Notes: generated by a model not told the origin, from the sequence alone. Shown: positions 1 to 9,591, numbered from the stretch's first letter. The stretch: 64,000 bases of DNA from a virus (IMGVR_UViG_2974778606_000001:68886-132885), one strand, 5' to 3'. Program-made: numbers and translations.

Positions 1-2
1 AC

Positions 3-1298
3 TCAGAGCGAGAGGCTTGGGAGGGCTACAATCTCATCTATTGCGTACTTGACGAGATTTCCGGTTTTGCACTAGACTCCACGTCAGGAAACGAGCAGGC
101 CAAGACTGCTGACGCTGTCTATAAGATGTATCGAGCATCTGTGGACTCTCGATTCCCGCAGGAAGGAAAGGTAGTTCTACTATCATTCCCTCGATTTAAG
201 AACGACTTTATCTCACAGAGATATGACGCGGTAGTTGCGGAAAAGGAAGTCATAGAACGTAGTCACACATTCAAGCTAGACCCTGAACTACCTGATGAGA
301 TTGAAGAGAACAAGTTCACCATCAAGTGGGAAGAGGACCACATTGTTTCCTACAATGTGCCTCGTGTCTATGCATTGAAGCGTCCTACATGGGATGTCAA
401 TCCTACTCGTAAGATTGAAGACTTTACGACTGCATTCTTTACCGACCCAATTGACGCACTTTCTCGATTCGCCTGTATGCCACCTGACGCAATCGACGCT
501 TTCTTCAAGGACAGAGAGAAGGTAGAAGCTGTCTTTGTAAGACCTAATGGCGTTGATGAAGACGGCACATATCGTGCAGACTTTACACCAAAGGAAGGTG
601 TGCGCTACTATGTACATGTAGACCTTGCGCAGAAGCACGACCACTGTGCTGTAGCACTTGCGCATGTTGAAAAGTTTGTACAGAAAAAGATTGGTGGTCA
701 ACTGAATGAGGTGCTTCCTTATGTAGTTGTTGACGCTGTCCGATGGTGGACACCAAAGCCTGGCAAGGATATTGACTTTGCCGATGTAAGAGACTATATT
801 ACAGGACTGAAGCGAAGAGGTTTCGACCTCAAGCTAGTTACATTTGACCGTTGGAATTCCAACGACCAAATCAAATATCTGCGTGGTGCAGGCATCAGTT
901 CAGAAGTCTTGTCTGTTGCAAAGAAGCATTACGAAGACTTGAGCTGGGTTATCTATGACCAGAGAATTATGGGTCCAGATATCCCATTGCTCAGGAAAGA
1001 ATTGCTTCAGCTACGTATCATGCCAAATGACAAAATTGACCACCCTAGAACGGGGTCAAAGGACTTGGCGGATGCTACGTGTGGAGCAGTTCACAATGCA
1101 ATCACATATACGCCACGTGATGACTATGGTACCATCGAGGTACAGACATACGAGTCAATTCGACGTGCTGAGATTGAGGCACGCAAGGAGGCCCTTGACA
1201 TCGAGCGTGAACGTGATAATGTGATTGAAGCACCTCGTGAGAAGAGGGTTATGCCAGATGAGCTGGCTGACTATCTCACGAAACTTGAAATCATATGA
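3..1298 (+). CDS. terL: Terminase large subunit, 5' end outside window
   Basis: Frame open from nt 3; Walker B YCVLDE near the start; RNase H-type nuclease motifs HVDLA, FDRWNS and DHP..GSKDLADA. Confidence 0.85.
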   Translation, partial: SEREAWEGYNLIYCVLDEISGFALDSTSGNEQAKTADAVYKMYRASVDSRFPQEGKVVLLSFPRFKNDFISQRYDAVVAEKEVIERSHTFKLDPELPDEIEENKFTIKWEEDHIVSYNVPRVYALKRPTWDVNPTRKIEDFTTAFFTDPIDALSRFACMPPDAIDAFFKDREKVEAVFVRPNGVDEDGTYRADFTPKEGVRYYVHVDLAQKHDHCAVALAHVEKFVQKKIGGQLNEVLPYVVVDAVRWWTPKPGKDIDFADVRDYITGLKRRGFDLKLVTFDRWNSNDQIKYLRGAGISSEVLSVAKKHYEDLSWVIYDQRIMGPDIPLLRKELLQLRIMPNDKIDHPRTGSKDLADATCGAVHNAITYTPRDDYGTIEVQTYESIRRAEIEARKEALDIERERDNVIEAPREKRVMPDELADYLTKLEII

Positions 1299-1311
1299 CC
1301 GGAGGTATGCC

Positions 1312-1848
1312 ATGCCTGATTTAAAGCGTAAGCCGAAGGGAATCTCACGCGCTGAGATTTCTGAGATACTGGCAAAGCGCGACGGTTTCATATGTCAATA
1401 CCCAGGCTGTGACCTTCCATTTACGAAGGATAACGGACCTACCATCGACCACTGGATTCCTTTGAGCGGTGGAGGTACATGGGATATGGACAACTTGAAG
1501 CTGATGCACAAGAAGTGCAACTCTGCAAAGGGTGACCGACTACCACTTGACGACGGTACGTTGCCTGTGATAGAAAGGAAGCCTAGGGTCAGCCGAGCCA
1601 TCAAGCGAAGCGAACGACCTGAAGTCTGTGAGCGCTGCCAGTCTGGTAGGTCGCTCGGCCCGGAAGAGGAATGTGACCAATGCGGTAGCGGTCCGATGCC
1701 CCCAAGGTATCCTCAATGGGCTAAGGTGAAGCCAAACGAATGTACGCACGAAGGCATCTGGTGGTGCTGGTGCTGTATGAGCGGTGTGGTTGACAGAGTG
1801 CCAGCCAGTAAGATAGTTTTTGATGGAGGAGAGCCGGGGATAGACTAG
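1312..1848 (+). CDS. HNH endonuclease with C-terminal Cys clusters
   Basis: GGAGG RBS at 1301; CQYPGC..TIDHWIPLSGGG..N....HKKCN. Confidence 0.85.
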   Translation: MPDLKRKPKGISRAEISEILAKRDGFICQYPGCDLPFTKDNGPTIDHWIPLSGGGTWDMDNLKLMHKKCNSAKGDRLPLDDGTLPVIERKPRVSRAIKRSERPEVCERCQSGRSLGPEEECDQCGSGPMPPRYPQWAKVKPNECTHEGIWWCWCCMSGVVDRVPASKIVFDGGEPGID

Positions 1849-1875
1849 TCCCCGGCACCTCTAAAAAGGAGAGTA

Positions 1876-2478
1876 ATGACTGATGTAGATATTGTACTGA
1901 TTGTAGACCGTTCTGGTAGCATGGCTACTATCCAGATGGAAGCAGAAACGGCCATCAATCAGTTTCTCAAGGACCAGAAGGAACTTGAGGGTGACGTGTT
2001 CGTTACTTTCGTGCAATTCGACAACAAGTATGAGCAGGTTTTTGAGAAGGTGAATCTTCCCAATGTTCCTCGTGTGGAGATTACTCCTCGCGGCATGACT
2101 GCCCTGCTTGACGCAATCGGTCGAACCGTAGTGAACTATGTTCCACGAACTGAGAAGACTATCTACGTCATCATGACTGATGGCCTGGAGAATGCTTCTC
2201 AGGAGTGGACAAATGATGCGGTCAAGAATCTGATTGAAGAAGAAAAGCAGCACGGAAGTGAGTTTGTCTATCTTGGTGCAAATCAAGATGCTGTATCTGT
2301 AGGTGCTAAGATGGGAATTCCCGTTGCAAGCAGCCTAACATTTGCGGCAGACAAGCAGGGGCTTGACGCAGTATCTCGAAGTATGACAAGCTACGTATCA
2401 GCGACTCGCTCTGGACTCGCATATGAGTTCACCGATGAGGACCGCAAGAACGCTACTGGCTTGACAGACGAAGAGTGA
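1876..2478 (+). CDS. von Willebrand A domain protein
   Basis: MIDAS DRSGSM, T.L.DAIG, IMTDG.EN.S, YLGANQDA. Confidence 0.85.
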   Translation: MTDVDIVLIVDRSGSMATIQMEAETAINQFLKDQKELEGDVFVTFVQFDNKYEQVFEKVNLPNVPRVEITPRGMTALLDAIGRTVVNYVPRTEKTIYVIMTDGLENASQEWTNDAVKNLIEEEKQHGSEFVYLGANQDAVSVGAKMGIPVASSLTFAADKQGLDAVSRSMTSYVSATRSGLAYEFTDEDRKNATGLTDEE

Positions 2479-2489
2479 GCTGCTAAAGT
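2461..2489 (+). promoter_or_regulatory. Sigma70/HrdB-like promoter, representative of many (also near 3685, 6871, 9576, 13152, 15405, 21558, 24147, 28633, 33788, 34782, 42329)
   Basis: TTGACA-N17-TAAAGT; the same TTGACA-N17/18-TANNNT pattern recurs before tRNA and gene clusters. Confidence 0.75.
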
Positions 2490-2495
2490 AGTAAA

Positions 2496-2585
2496 TGTGG
2501 GTCGAACGAGATTCGGTTATCTCAAACAATTGGTGATTGAATCGCCCCGTGCAGGGGCTCTCCGAAGCTCAAATATTTATCCACA
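2496..2585 (+). ncRNA. Y RNA-like ncRNA 1
   Basis: GGGTCGAACGAG..CGGTTATCT; terminal stem TGTGGGT/ATCCACA with bulged C; starts 7 nt after a -10 box. Confidence 0.7.
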
Positions 2586-2589
2586 CAAT

Positions 2590-2660
2590 GCATCGGTAGT
2601 TTAATGGTAGAACGCCTGACTTCCAATCAGACAGCGCGGGTTCGATTCCCGCTCGGTGCT
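2590..2660 (+). tRNA. tRNA-Gly(TCC)
   Basis: Cloverleaf, anticodon loop CTTCCAA, T loop TTCGATT. Confidence 0.9.
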
Positions 2661-2782
2661 CTGACTGTTCTCTTGAAGTGCCAGCATTAGCAGAGAGAAT
2701 GCCGTTGGCGTCTGGCAACGCACGAATGGCGTCCGCTAGGTAGCACCTAGCAGGGAGAGGGCAATGTTTATCTCCCATACAT

Positions 2783-2853
2783 TCCCCTTTGGTGTAACGG
2801 CAACACAACAGACTCTGAATCTGTAGTTCCTAGTTCGAATCTAGGTTGGGGAG
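2783..2853 (+). tRNA. tRNA-Gln(CTG)
   Basis: ACAGA-CTCTGAA-TCTGT. Confidence 0.9.
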
Positions 2854-3060
2854 CTGGTCCGACTTCGTGATATCGGCGGAAATAACGGAACCGGAACTCA
2901 CATAATAACCATGGTAAAAGTGAGGAATGGCGAAGGGAAATATGCGGGAAGCGTAGGGTAAAACCACCTCGGACCGACAACTTGAAGGTGAGCAGGTTGC
3001 ATACTAGTTAGCGTAATCGAACCTCCTGCATTAACATTGGCGTACTAACACCTTCAACAT

Positions 3061-3131
3061 ATGTCCTAAGTGTTACGGTAGCACGGAAGGCTCCAACCCT
3101 TCAAGCGTGGGTTCGACTCCTACAGGACATG
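3061..3131 (+). tRNA. tRNA-Trp(CCA)
   Basis: GAAGG-CTCCAAC-CCTTC. Confidence 0.9.
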
Positions 3132-3178
3132 CTTAAAAGCCCCGACTTCGGTCGGGGCAAAACCATTTAGGAGGAAAG

Positions 3179-3688
3179 TTGGGATACTACACAGATTTCA
3201 GACTGAGTGTTGAAGGTTCTGGCCCGGTGTATGATAAGCTGATGGAGCAGAAGGATAAGGTCATCATCTCTCCTGGCGACTACGATTGGAATTTCGGCCG
3301 GTGGGTAAGTGACCACTATACCGAAAATGCAAAGTGGTACGACTGGGAAAGTGACATGAAATCATTCTCTCTCGAATGGCCAAACGTTCTGTTCATCCTT
3401 GAGGGAAGTGGCGAGGAGCCTGGCGACATGTGGAAGGCATGGTTCAGAAATGGTGCCATGCGTAAGATTGAAGCCAAGATAGTCTTTGAGACTATCGACC
3501 CAGAGCTTGACAAGTACCTTCCATACGACTATGATTTGGAGAAGAGGTTGGCCAAGAAGTACATGGACGACCTCAAGGAACGCAAGAAGTCTCTAGAAGC
3601 TGAGCTACACAGACTTCAGTCAATGCTTGACAACAGCGTCTCAGACGATGTAAGCTTCAAGAAGACGGGCGGCAAGGACAAGAGTTGA
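3179..3688 (+). CDS. Hypothetical phage protein
   Basis: AGGAGG RBS, TTG start, 169 aa. Confidence 0.7.
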   Translation: MGYYTDFRLSVEGSGPVYDKLMEQKDKVIISPGDYDWNFGRWVSDHYTENAKWYDWESDMKSFSLEWPNVLFILEGSGEEPGDMWKAWFRNGAMRKIEAKIVFETIDPELDKYLPYDYDLEKRLAKKYMDDLKERKKSLEAELHRLQSMLDNSVSDDVSFKKTGGKDKS

Positions 3689-3744
3689 CACCGCCGAGAG
3701 CGTCTGCTAAGATTAAGTACAACGCAGCAAGCGATTGCTGCTAT

Positions 3745-3816
3745 CAGGCACGGGGAAGATGGTAATCCGTTGGCTTTGGAAGCCTAAGACACTCGGTTCG
3801 ATTCCGAGGTGCCTGA
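3745..3816 (+). tRNA. tRNA-Pro(TGG)
   Basis: C1-G72, A73; loop TTTGGAA. Confidence 0.8.
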
Positions 3817-3951
3817 CCGAATGTAGCTCCTAGGGGCTACACGTCCTGCGAGGGTGAGTGGTGGAGCGCCTGAATCTTGCGAGGTTCGGGACCGAGTTCG
3901 AGTCTCGGCACACTGCGTACTGGGGCTGATACGATAACTCAGCAAATACTT

Positions 3952-4025
3952 CGGGATGTGGCGCAGTTTGGTAGCGCGGTGCGTTTGGGGCGCAATGGTC
4001 GCAGGTTCGAATCCTGTCATCCCGA
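3952..4025 (+). tRNA. tRNA-Pro(TGG)
   Basis: CGGGATG/CATCCCG acceptor; loop TTTGGGG. Confidence 0.9.
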
Positions 4026-4028
4026 CAA

Positions 4029-4178
4029 TTTGGGTCGAAAGAAAACGGTTATCTTACACAATGGATAATAGGTTCGATTCCTATCTGTGCCGTAACAAGC
4101 ACTGGTAAAGCCATCCGAGATGTGCGTGGTAGGATGGCATAAGGACTACGCTCTCTCCGTTCTCATCACTTACCTAAA
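4029..4178 (+). ncRNA. Y RNA-like ncRNA 2 (YrlA-like, contains T arm)
   Basis: GGGTCGAAAGA..CGGTTATCT; internal ATAGG-TTCGATT-CCTAT; 3' CTCCGTTCTCA..TTACCTAAA pairs with the 5' end. Confidence 0.75.
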
Positions 4179-4187
4179 GGATTTACT

Positions 4188-4709
4188 ATGACAGTACTTC
4201 TAAGGACAATCCACGGAAGCCATCTGTATGGCCTCGCTCACGCAGGGTCCGATAAGGATATCTACGAAGTCATTGCGACTAAGCGGACTGCGCGTAAGCG
4301 AAACATTAAGCAAACCATCGTGGATGGAGTTGACAAAACGGTCGTAGACCTGTCAACATTCATGCATATGGTTGACGAATGCGTACCTCAAGCACTTGAA
4401 GCGCTATGGACGCCGGTCGCTGAGATTGATGAAATCCACGAATTCCGGACACAATATCGAGTGAATCGCGCCAAGATGAAGGAAGTATACATTCGAACCG
4501 CTCTGAACTTTGCCAAGCAAAATGATGTTAAGCGTAGGCGTCACGCCATCCGCTTGCTTCTGAACCTTGGTGCAGCATTGGAATACGGGAAGTTTAATCC
4601 CAGACTCTCCAATATGGATAAGTTCATTCTCCGTTCATCACTCGGAGAATCTGGAGCATATGAGGACGTTTTTCTAGGCGTCCTTGATGAAGTACAAAAG
4701 TGGGTCTGA
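4188..4709 (+). CDS. DNA polymerase beta-family nucleotidyltransferase (RlaP-like)
   Basis: GSHLYG.....SDKDI motif. Confidence 0.8.
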   Translation: MTVLLRTIHGSHLYGLAHAGSDKDIYEVIATKRTARKRNIKQTIVDGVDKTVVDLSTFMHMVDECVPQALEALWTPVAEIDEIHEFRTQYRVNRAKMKEVYIRTALNFAKQNDVKRRRHAIRLLLNLGAALEYGKFNPRLSNMDKFILRSSLGESGAYEDVFLGVLDEVQKWV

Positions 4710-4726
4710 AAGACGGCTCACGCCAC

Positions 4727-4799
4727 TGGGCGGTGGCGAACCGGTGAACGCACCTCTCTGATAAGGAGGCATTGGAGGGTTCAACTCCCTCTCGCCCAA
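4727..4799 (+). tRNA. tRNA-Ile(GAT)
   Basis: CCTCT-CTGATAA-GGAGG. Confidence 0.85.
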
Positions 4800-4838
4800 C
4801 TGGTCTCAATGGTGAGACACTAACGAAATAACAATACA

Positions 4839-6656
4839 ATGGTAGATTTCGACAAGAGACATTCCAAGGAACTTGTGAAACGCCCTGACACAGACCTGGT
4901 TGATACCAGGTCTTTTCGGTCTTCCGGTCAGGGTGTATTTTCGCATGTCCGAAAAGGAATGAAAGTTACCACTAAGGCCATTCTGGATTGGGTCTACCTG
5001 AATGACTATAAGGAAGAGATTGCTAAGGCGAAGATTGATGGCAATTTGGAAAAGGCCCGAAAACTTAAGATTGAACAGGAAAAGCGCAGTGAGCCAAGGC
5101 GGAAGAGATTCTATTCTATTCTTGCTTTCCTGGCTGCCCTGACAGGATGGGCATACGTGACATGGAGCATCGTACCGATTCTCTTTGTTGCAGGTGCCGC
5201 GCTGGTTGTGATGTGGTTCGTAGGAAGTGGCTTCAAGCCATCTGAAGCCTTCTCTGCCATTACAGGAAGCATGGACGAGAAGGACGACCCTATGGAGCCT
5301 TTCCCAATTGCTGACGCTCGCAACAGAGACGAGGCTCAGGAATGCTTGAGGAGAGCGCTTCTTGCTGAGGGAATCACTCCCAGGGTTATCTTGGAACCAA
5401 CTCGTTACAATTGGGGATGGGAAATTCCGGTAGTTCTGAGAAAGGGTACTCCTGACGATGTAATGGCTAAGGCCAAGAAGATGGAAACTCTTATGAGACT
5501 TCCATCTGATGGAATGCTGGTAGCAGCTACTAGATTCCGGGCCGAAGTAATTATCAGACTTATGCAGACTGACCCATTTGCTGATATGACATCAGAGCCT
5601 AGAGCAGAACCATTGTCTCGTTCTATCAAGAACAAGTACAAGATTGCTCAGCGAATGGACGGTACGCCTCTTGAAATCTCTTTGCTGAGAAACCACGCAG
5701 TTGTTATTGCTGCGCCTGGTGGTGGTAAGTCAATGTTCATGCGTAAGCTGGCAGACATCACCACTAGCTGTAGAGACTGTGTAACTTGGGACATTGACCC
5801 TGGTGGTAATGGACTTGAGGTCTTCGGAAGGGCTATCGCACGACGTGGTAGGACGGAAGAGGAAATTGAGGAAATGCTTACCGAGGCTCTGGAGTACACC
5901 AAGATTCGTGCAAAGAAGCTGACGAAGCTGGGAATGGGTGACAACTGGCAGCCAACCAAGGAGCATCCTGCCCTCATCATCTTCATTGATGAGTTTATTC
6001 AGCTAAACAAGAAGTGCAAGGATTTGGCCATTCAGATTATCCGCAATGGACGTAAGTCTGCTATTACTGTCGTACTGGCTGCACAGCAGGCTACAAAGGA
6101 CACTCTTGGTGCCGCCATTGCAGATGCGGTGTCTATCAAGGTTATGTTTGCTTCTCGTCATGCTGACGTACCTCTCGTGTTTGGTGAGGGCATGTTGTCG
6201 CAGGGCTGGAGACCTGATAAGCTACATCCAGCATCAGGTGAGGATGTGGAAGACGCTGGTAAGTGCTACATTTTGGGCGGTGGCTCAAGAGAGCCTTACT
6301 TGTACAAGGTCTTCCCAATCGAACCAGATGAGGCAATCGAGATGGGTGATGAACGTGAAGCAGAGGGCATGCCCGAGCTTGACAAGGATACCTACCTAGA
6401 TGTTACAGTGACAGACACAACCGACAAGCGACTGCTTGAGGACGTGCTTGACATCTTTGAGAACTTCGACGAGAATGATTGGCTACCGGCCAGCATCTTG
6501 GTCAAGGAACTCAAGGGTTACGGTCACACCTTGACAGCCCGTCAGTTGCATGAGATTCTAGGGGATACCGGCCGAGAGAGCCGTATTTGGGAAGGGTCCA
6601 AGTACAAGGTGGCTGGTTACTTCCGAAAGAACATCGAGAAGCAATTGGAGAAGTAA
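4839..6656 (+). CDS. FtsK/SpoIIIE-family (TraB-like) DNA translocase
   Basis: Two N-terminal TM helices, Walker A APGGGKS, Walker B IFIDE, GRK..I.V.LAAQ, C-terminal HTH-like region. Confidence 0.8.
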   Translation: MVDFDKRHSKELVKRPDTDLVDTRSFRSSGQGVFSHVRKGMKVTTKAILDWVYLNDYKEEIAKAKIDGNLEKARKLKIEQEKRSEPRRKRFYSILAFLAALTGWAYVTWSIVPILFVAGAALVVMWFVGSGFKPSEAFSAITGSMDEKDDPMEPFPIADARNRDEAQECLRRALLAEGITPRVILEPTRYNWGWEIPVVLRKGTPDDVMAKAKKMETLMRLPSDGMLVAATRFRAEVIIRLMQTDPFADMTSEPRAEPLSRSIKNKYKIAQRMDGTPLEISLLRNHAVVIAAPGGGKSMFMRKLADITTSCRDCVTWDIDPGGNGLEVFGRAIARRGRTEEEIEEMLTEALEYTKIRAKKLTKLGMGDNWQPTKEHPALIIFIDEFIQLNKKCKDLAIQIIRNGRKSAITVVLAAQQATKDTLGAAIADAVSIKVMFASRHADVPLVFGEGMLSQGWRPDKLHPASGEDVEDAGKCYILGGGSREPYLYKVFPIEPDEAIEMGDEREAEGMPELDKDTYLDVTVTDTTDKRLLEDVLDIFENFDENDWLPASILVKELKGYGHTLTARQLHEILGDTGRESRIWEGSKYKVAGYFRKNIEKQLEK

Positions 6657-6657
6657 C

Positions 6658-6873
6658 ATGTGGACAGCGGGTGTAATCTTTTACCTCGCAGTCTGTGCTT
6701 ACCTTTGTAAGAAGAAGGGTTGGCAGATTCATTACATTGCCTGGGGCATGGTTGGTGGACTGATTCTCGCCACCATCGTTCCGACCCTTCCAGCACAGAC
6801 GAAGCAGACAATGGAAAACGCTGCTCAGGCAGTTGTTTCTATCTTCGAAAGTTCCGGCATCGGGCAGGGTTGA
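6658..6873 (+). CDS. Small membrane protein directly after the translocase
   Basis: Two hydrophobic segments; starts 1 nt after the translocase stop. Confidence 0.7.
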   Translation: MWTAGVIFYLAVCAYLCKKKGWQIHYIAWGMVGGLILATIVPTLPAQTKQTMENAAQAVVSIFESSGIGQG

Positions 6874-6931
6874 CAGCAACTCTGCCTCGCTGTAGGATAG
6901 ACTTAAACCTAGTCCTTGTGGGGCTAGCGGA

Positions 6932-7004
6932 GCGCCTGTAGCATAACGGTCGATGCATCTGTCTTATAAGCAGACGATAGGTGGTTCAATTCCACCCAGG
7001 CGCA
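6932..7004 (+). tRNA. tRNA-Ile(TAT)
   Basis: TCTGT-CTTATAA-GCAGA. Confidence 0.85.
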
Positions 7005-7031
7005 CTTCATAACTACAATCTAGGGGCAAGA

Positions 7032-7196
7032 ATGGCTCTTACGCATTCCCACGGTACACGGGTTGTTGTGCTCAAGGGAAGTCACCGAAATCAAGTTGGC
7101 ACTGTTACTGTCAAGGTCAGAATGAAGGTCATCATCCTTGACAAGGACAACGTCGAGCTGATGGGTGCCTCTGACGAAATGGTCAGGAAGCTGTGA
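7032..7196 (+). CDS. Small KOW/SH3-like protein
   Basis: GTRVVVLKGSHRNQVGTV. Confidence 0.6.
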   Translation: MALTHSHGTRVVVLKGSHRNQVGTVTVKVRMKVIILDKDNVELMGASDEMVRKL

Positions 7197-7550
7197 AGTG
7201 CAAGAAGTGTGGGGAATCTGAGAAGGAAGTGCGTGTTGCTCCCATCGTAGGTGACCCACTATGTGAGAGATGCTGGAACGACGTTCAGAATGATATGCGT
7301 CGGAAAGGTGCAAACTCTAAGAGCGAGTACGAAGAGTACGTCCGAACGCAATACAAGAGATGGCTGAGGAGCTGATTATGGAAAGTAAGAAGCACCTTGA
7401 GGTCGGAGACACCGTTTACGTTCTTCATGCACGGGCGGAAGTCTGGGACCTTGTTCCTTCCAACACTGCTATGATTAAGGTGTTGATGAAGGAAGGCCCT
7501 TCTGAGGGCCAGGTTTTCCCTGTAGTCCTTAAGCAAGTTGAGCGCGGCTG

Positions 7551-7754
7551 ATGTTTCAAAAAGGGGACATCATTCGTGTAAAGCCAGGTAATACCAAAAT
7601 GCCTAGAAAGTATTGGGGATTGACTGGTGTTATTTCTGGGCGAGAATCCTTTCTTGCTCGAAAGGTATTCCGGACAGATTACCTTATAGTTATGCATGGT
7701 AGTCTGGAACCTGCAACCTTTAAGGAAAGCGACATAGAGCTTTACCGCCCCTGA
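7551..7754 (+). CDS. Small KOW/SH3-like protein
   Basis: FQKGDIIRV...GLTGVI...F.ESDIE. Confidence 0.6.
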   Translation: MFQKGDIIRVKPGNTKMPRKYWGLTGVISGRESFLARKVFRTDYLIVMHGSLEPATFKESDIELYRP

Positions 7755-7764
7755 TGGGGCACAT

Positions 7765-7849
7765 GGAATGTAAGCGATTGGCTAGCAGGTATCTTGGAAC
7801 GGTACTAAGGGTTTTACAGCCCGGCTGGGTTCGATTCCCAGGCATTCCG
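7765..7849 (+). tRNA. tRNA-Ser(GGA)
   Basis: Loop TTGGAAC, long variable arm, G73. Confidence 0.85.
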
Positions 7850-7862
7850 CAGGAGGTGTGAT

Positions 7863-8081
7863 ATGATAATCTGTGGCGACACAGTGAAAGTAAAGCACGA
7901 CCGTCCTAACGTGGACCCTGCTTATTACGGTAAGCGTGGTAGGATTCATAAGAGGACTCGTATGCTTGGTGTTCTTGGTGCTGGGCAATACGAAATTATG
8001 TTCTTCGAAAGTGACCTGAATCATCCAATTATGGGTGTCATGGGTGGCTTCAATGAAGATGACTTGGAAGTTGAACGCTGA
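7863..8081 (+). CDS. Small KOW/SH3-like protein
   Basis: GGAGG RBS; GDTVKV...GKRGRI...FNEDDLE. Confidence 0.6.
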   Translation: MIICGDTVKVKHDRPNVDPAYYGKRGRIHKRTRMLGVLGAGQYEIMFFESDLNHPIMGVMGGFNEDDLEVER

Positions 8082-8090
8082 CTTCCCTAT

Positions 8091-8176
8091 GGAGGCACGC
8101 ATTGGTGGGCTTATCGGTCTTGAAAACCGTGATGGCGTAGTGATATGCCGTGGGGGTTCGATTCCCTCTGTCTCCG
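8091..8176 (+). tRNA. tRNA-Ser(TGA)
   Basis: CGGT-CTTGAAA-ACCG, long variable arm. Confidence 0.85.
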
Positions 8177-8555
8177 CTTCGCCCGGTACATAATGTACCG
8201 GGCATTTTTGTAGGAGCATAATGCTAGGAAAAGGAAAGAAGCAGAAGGACTGCTATCATGCCAGAGTAAGAGAAATATATGGTGACGAAATCATCGCCTC
8301 TGGCTATAAGCGCGCCTACTGCTACGATTGCAAAAGATACCTGCCCGAACTACCTCCAGAGAGAAGAAAGTAAATGGCCAAGGAGTTCCCCAAGGGGAAT
8401 AACAAGAGGGACTTCATCGAGTTCCTTGAGAAGAACAGAATTGAATTCTGGTGCTCCATCTGCAATACCGAAAACCCTCGCAAGTGTCAGTGCTGGACAG
8501 ACATTCAGCGATGGGAGCAGGTTGAGCTGTGGCAGGGTGAGGAGAGGCGCAAGAA

Positions 8556-8948
8556 GTGACAGCCGTTCTCATCGGTGTCCTGCTCCATTTCATTGGTGAT
8601 TATCTCATTCAGACAGACTGGATGGCACAGCTAAAGACAAAGCGCTGGCTACCGGCCATTGTCCACGGTGTCACCTATGGTGTCCCATTCATGTTTGTCA
8701 CGATGTCACCAATAGCTTTGGCTGTCATCATTGTCACTCACATTGTCATCGACCATTATCGACTGGCAAGACATGTTGTCTGGGCAAAGAACCAGCTAGC
8801 ACCAAAAGAATGGCGGTATTCATGGGCTGAGGGTAACCTCACTGGATATCGCAATGACGCACCACCATGGTTGACAACCTGGTTGATGATTATCGCGGAC
8901 AACACTCTGCATGTCATCATCAACACTCTAGCCATCCTCTATCTATGA
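8556..8948 (+). CDS. DUF3307-like membrane protein
   Basis: H.IGDY..QTDWMA..K, H...D, DN.LH. Confidence 0.75.
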   Translation: MTAVLIGVLLHFIGDYLIQTDWMAQLKTKRWLPAIVHGVTYGVPFMFVTMSPIALAVIIVTHIVIDHYRLARHVVWAKNQLAPKEWRYSWAEGNLTGYRNDAPPWLTTWLMIIADNTLHVIINTLAILYL

Positions 8949-8969
8949 GGATGGCTTTTGTCATTCTCA

Positions 8970-9055
8970 GGACAGTCTGTCACTTGTCCCGTGACATGTC
9001 CTGTGACACGATGACATGTCCAGTGACATCCATGTGACATGTCCTACGGCTGTCC
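8970..9055. repeat. Cluster of (G/A)TGACATGTCC repeats
   Basis: GACATGTC palindrome at 8993, 9013 and 9036, plus partial GTGACA copies at 9003 and 9023; non-coding. Confidence 0.85.
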
Positions 9056-9312
9056 TCGCAATTTGAGAAAGAGGCGGCGGCTCCGGAGGTCGCATTCGTT
9101 TTGTTCAATCCTCAGAGCGCGGCCCGGCGGCCTTGAGGACGGAAGAATGTCTTAGAGACCAGATACAAGAGAGAAGACCTAATAGGTTCAAGGAGGGAGT
9201 TGACAGGATTCTCAGAGGTCTGCTAAGGTGTAGTTACACTAGAAAAGAATAAAGAAAAATATCTAGAAAGAATCTAAACCGGTTCTAAATAATATAGAAT
9301 AGATTAGAGAAT

Positions 9313-9591
9313 ATGAGACTATTTGAACTTCATAGAGATATAGACTCCTCTGGAGTCTCTGGCACAGGCGTTGTTGCTCAAGGTGTTGAGTTTGACAATC
9401 GTCAGTGTTGTATGACATGGTTGACGGAGTGGAACTCAGTGGCTGTCTATCCCGACATCCAGACCCTTGAAGCTATCCATGGACACGGTGGCAACACTCG
9501 TGTAGTATGGGTGGAAGGCCCGGCGACACAGAAGTATGTAAGAGTTGCTGGTAAAGACAGACCAATTCAGAGAGTTGACAAGCTCTCTTGA
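9313..9591 (+). CDS. Hypothetical phage protein
   Basis: SGVSGTGVVAQGVEF..HGHGG; follows a promoter. Confidence 0.7.
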   Translation: MRLFELHRDIDSSGVSGTGVVAQGVEFDNRQCCMTWLTEWNSVAVYPDIQTLEAIHGHGGNTRVVWVEGPATQKYVRVAGKDRPIQRVDKLS

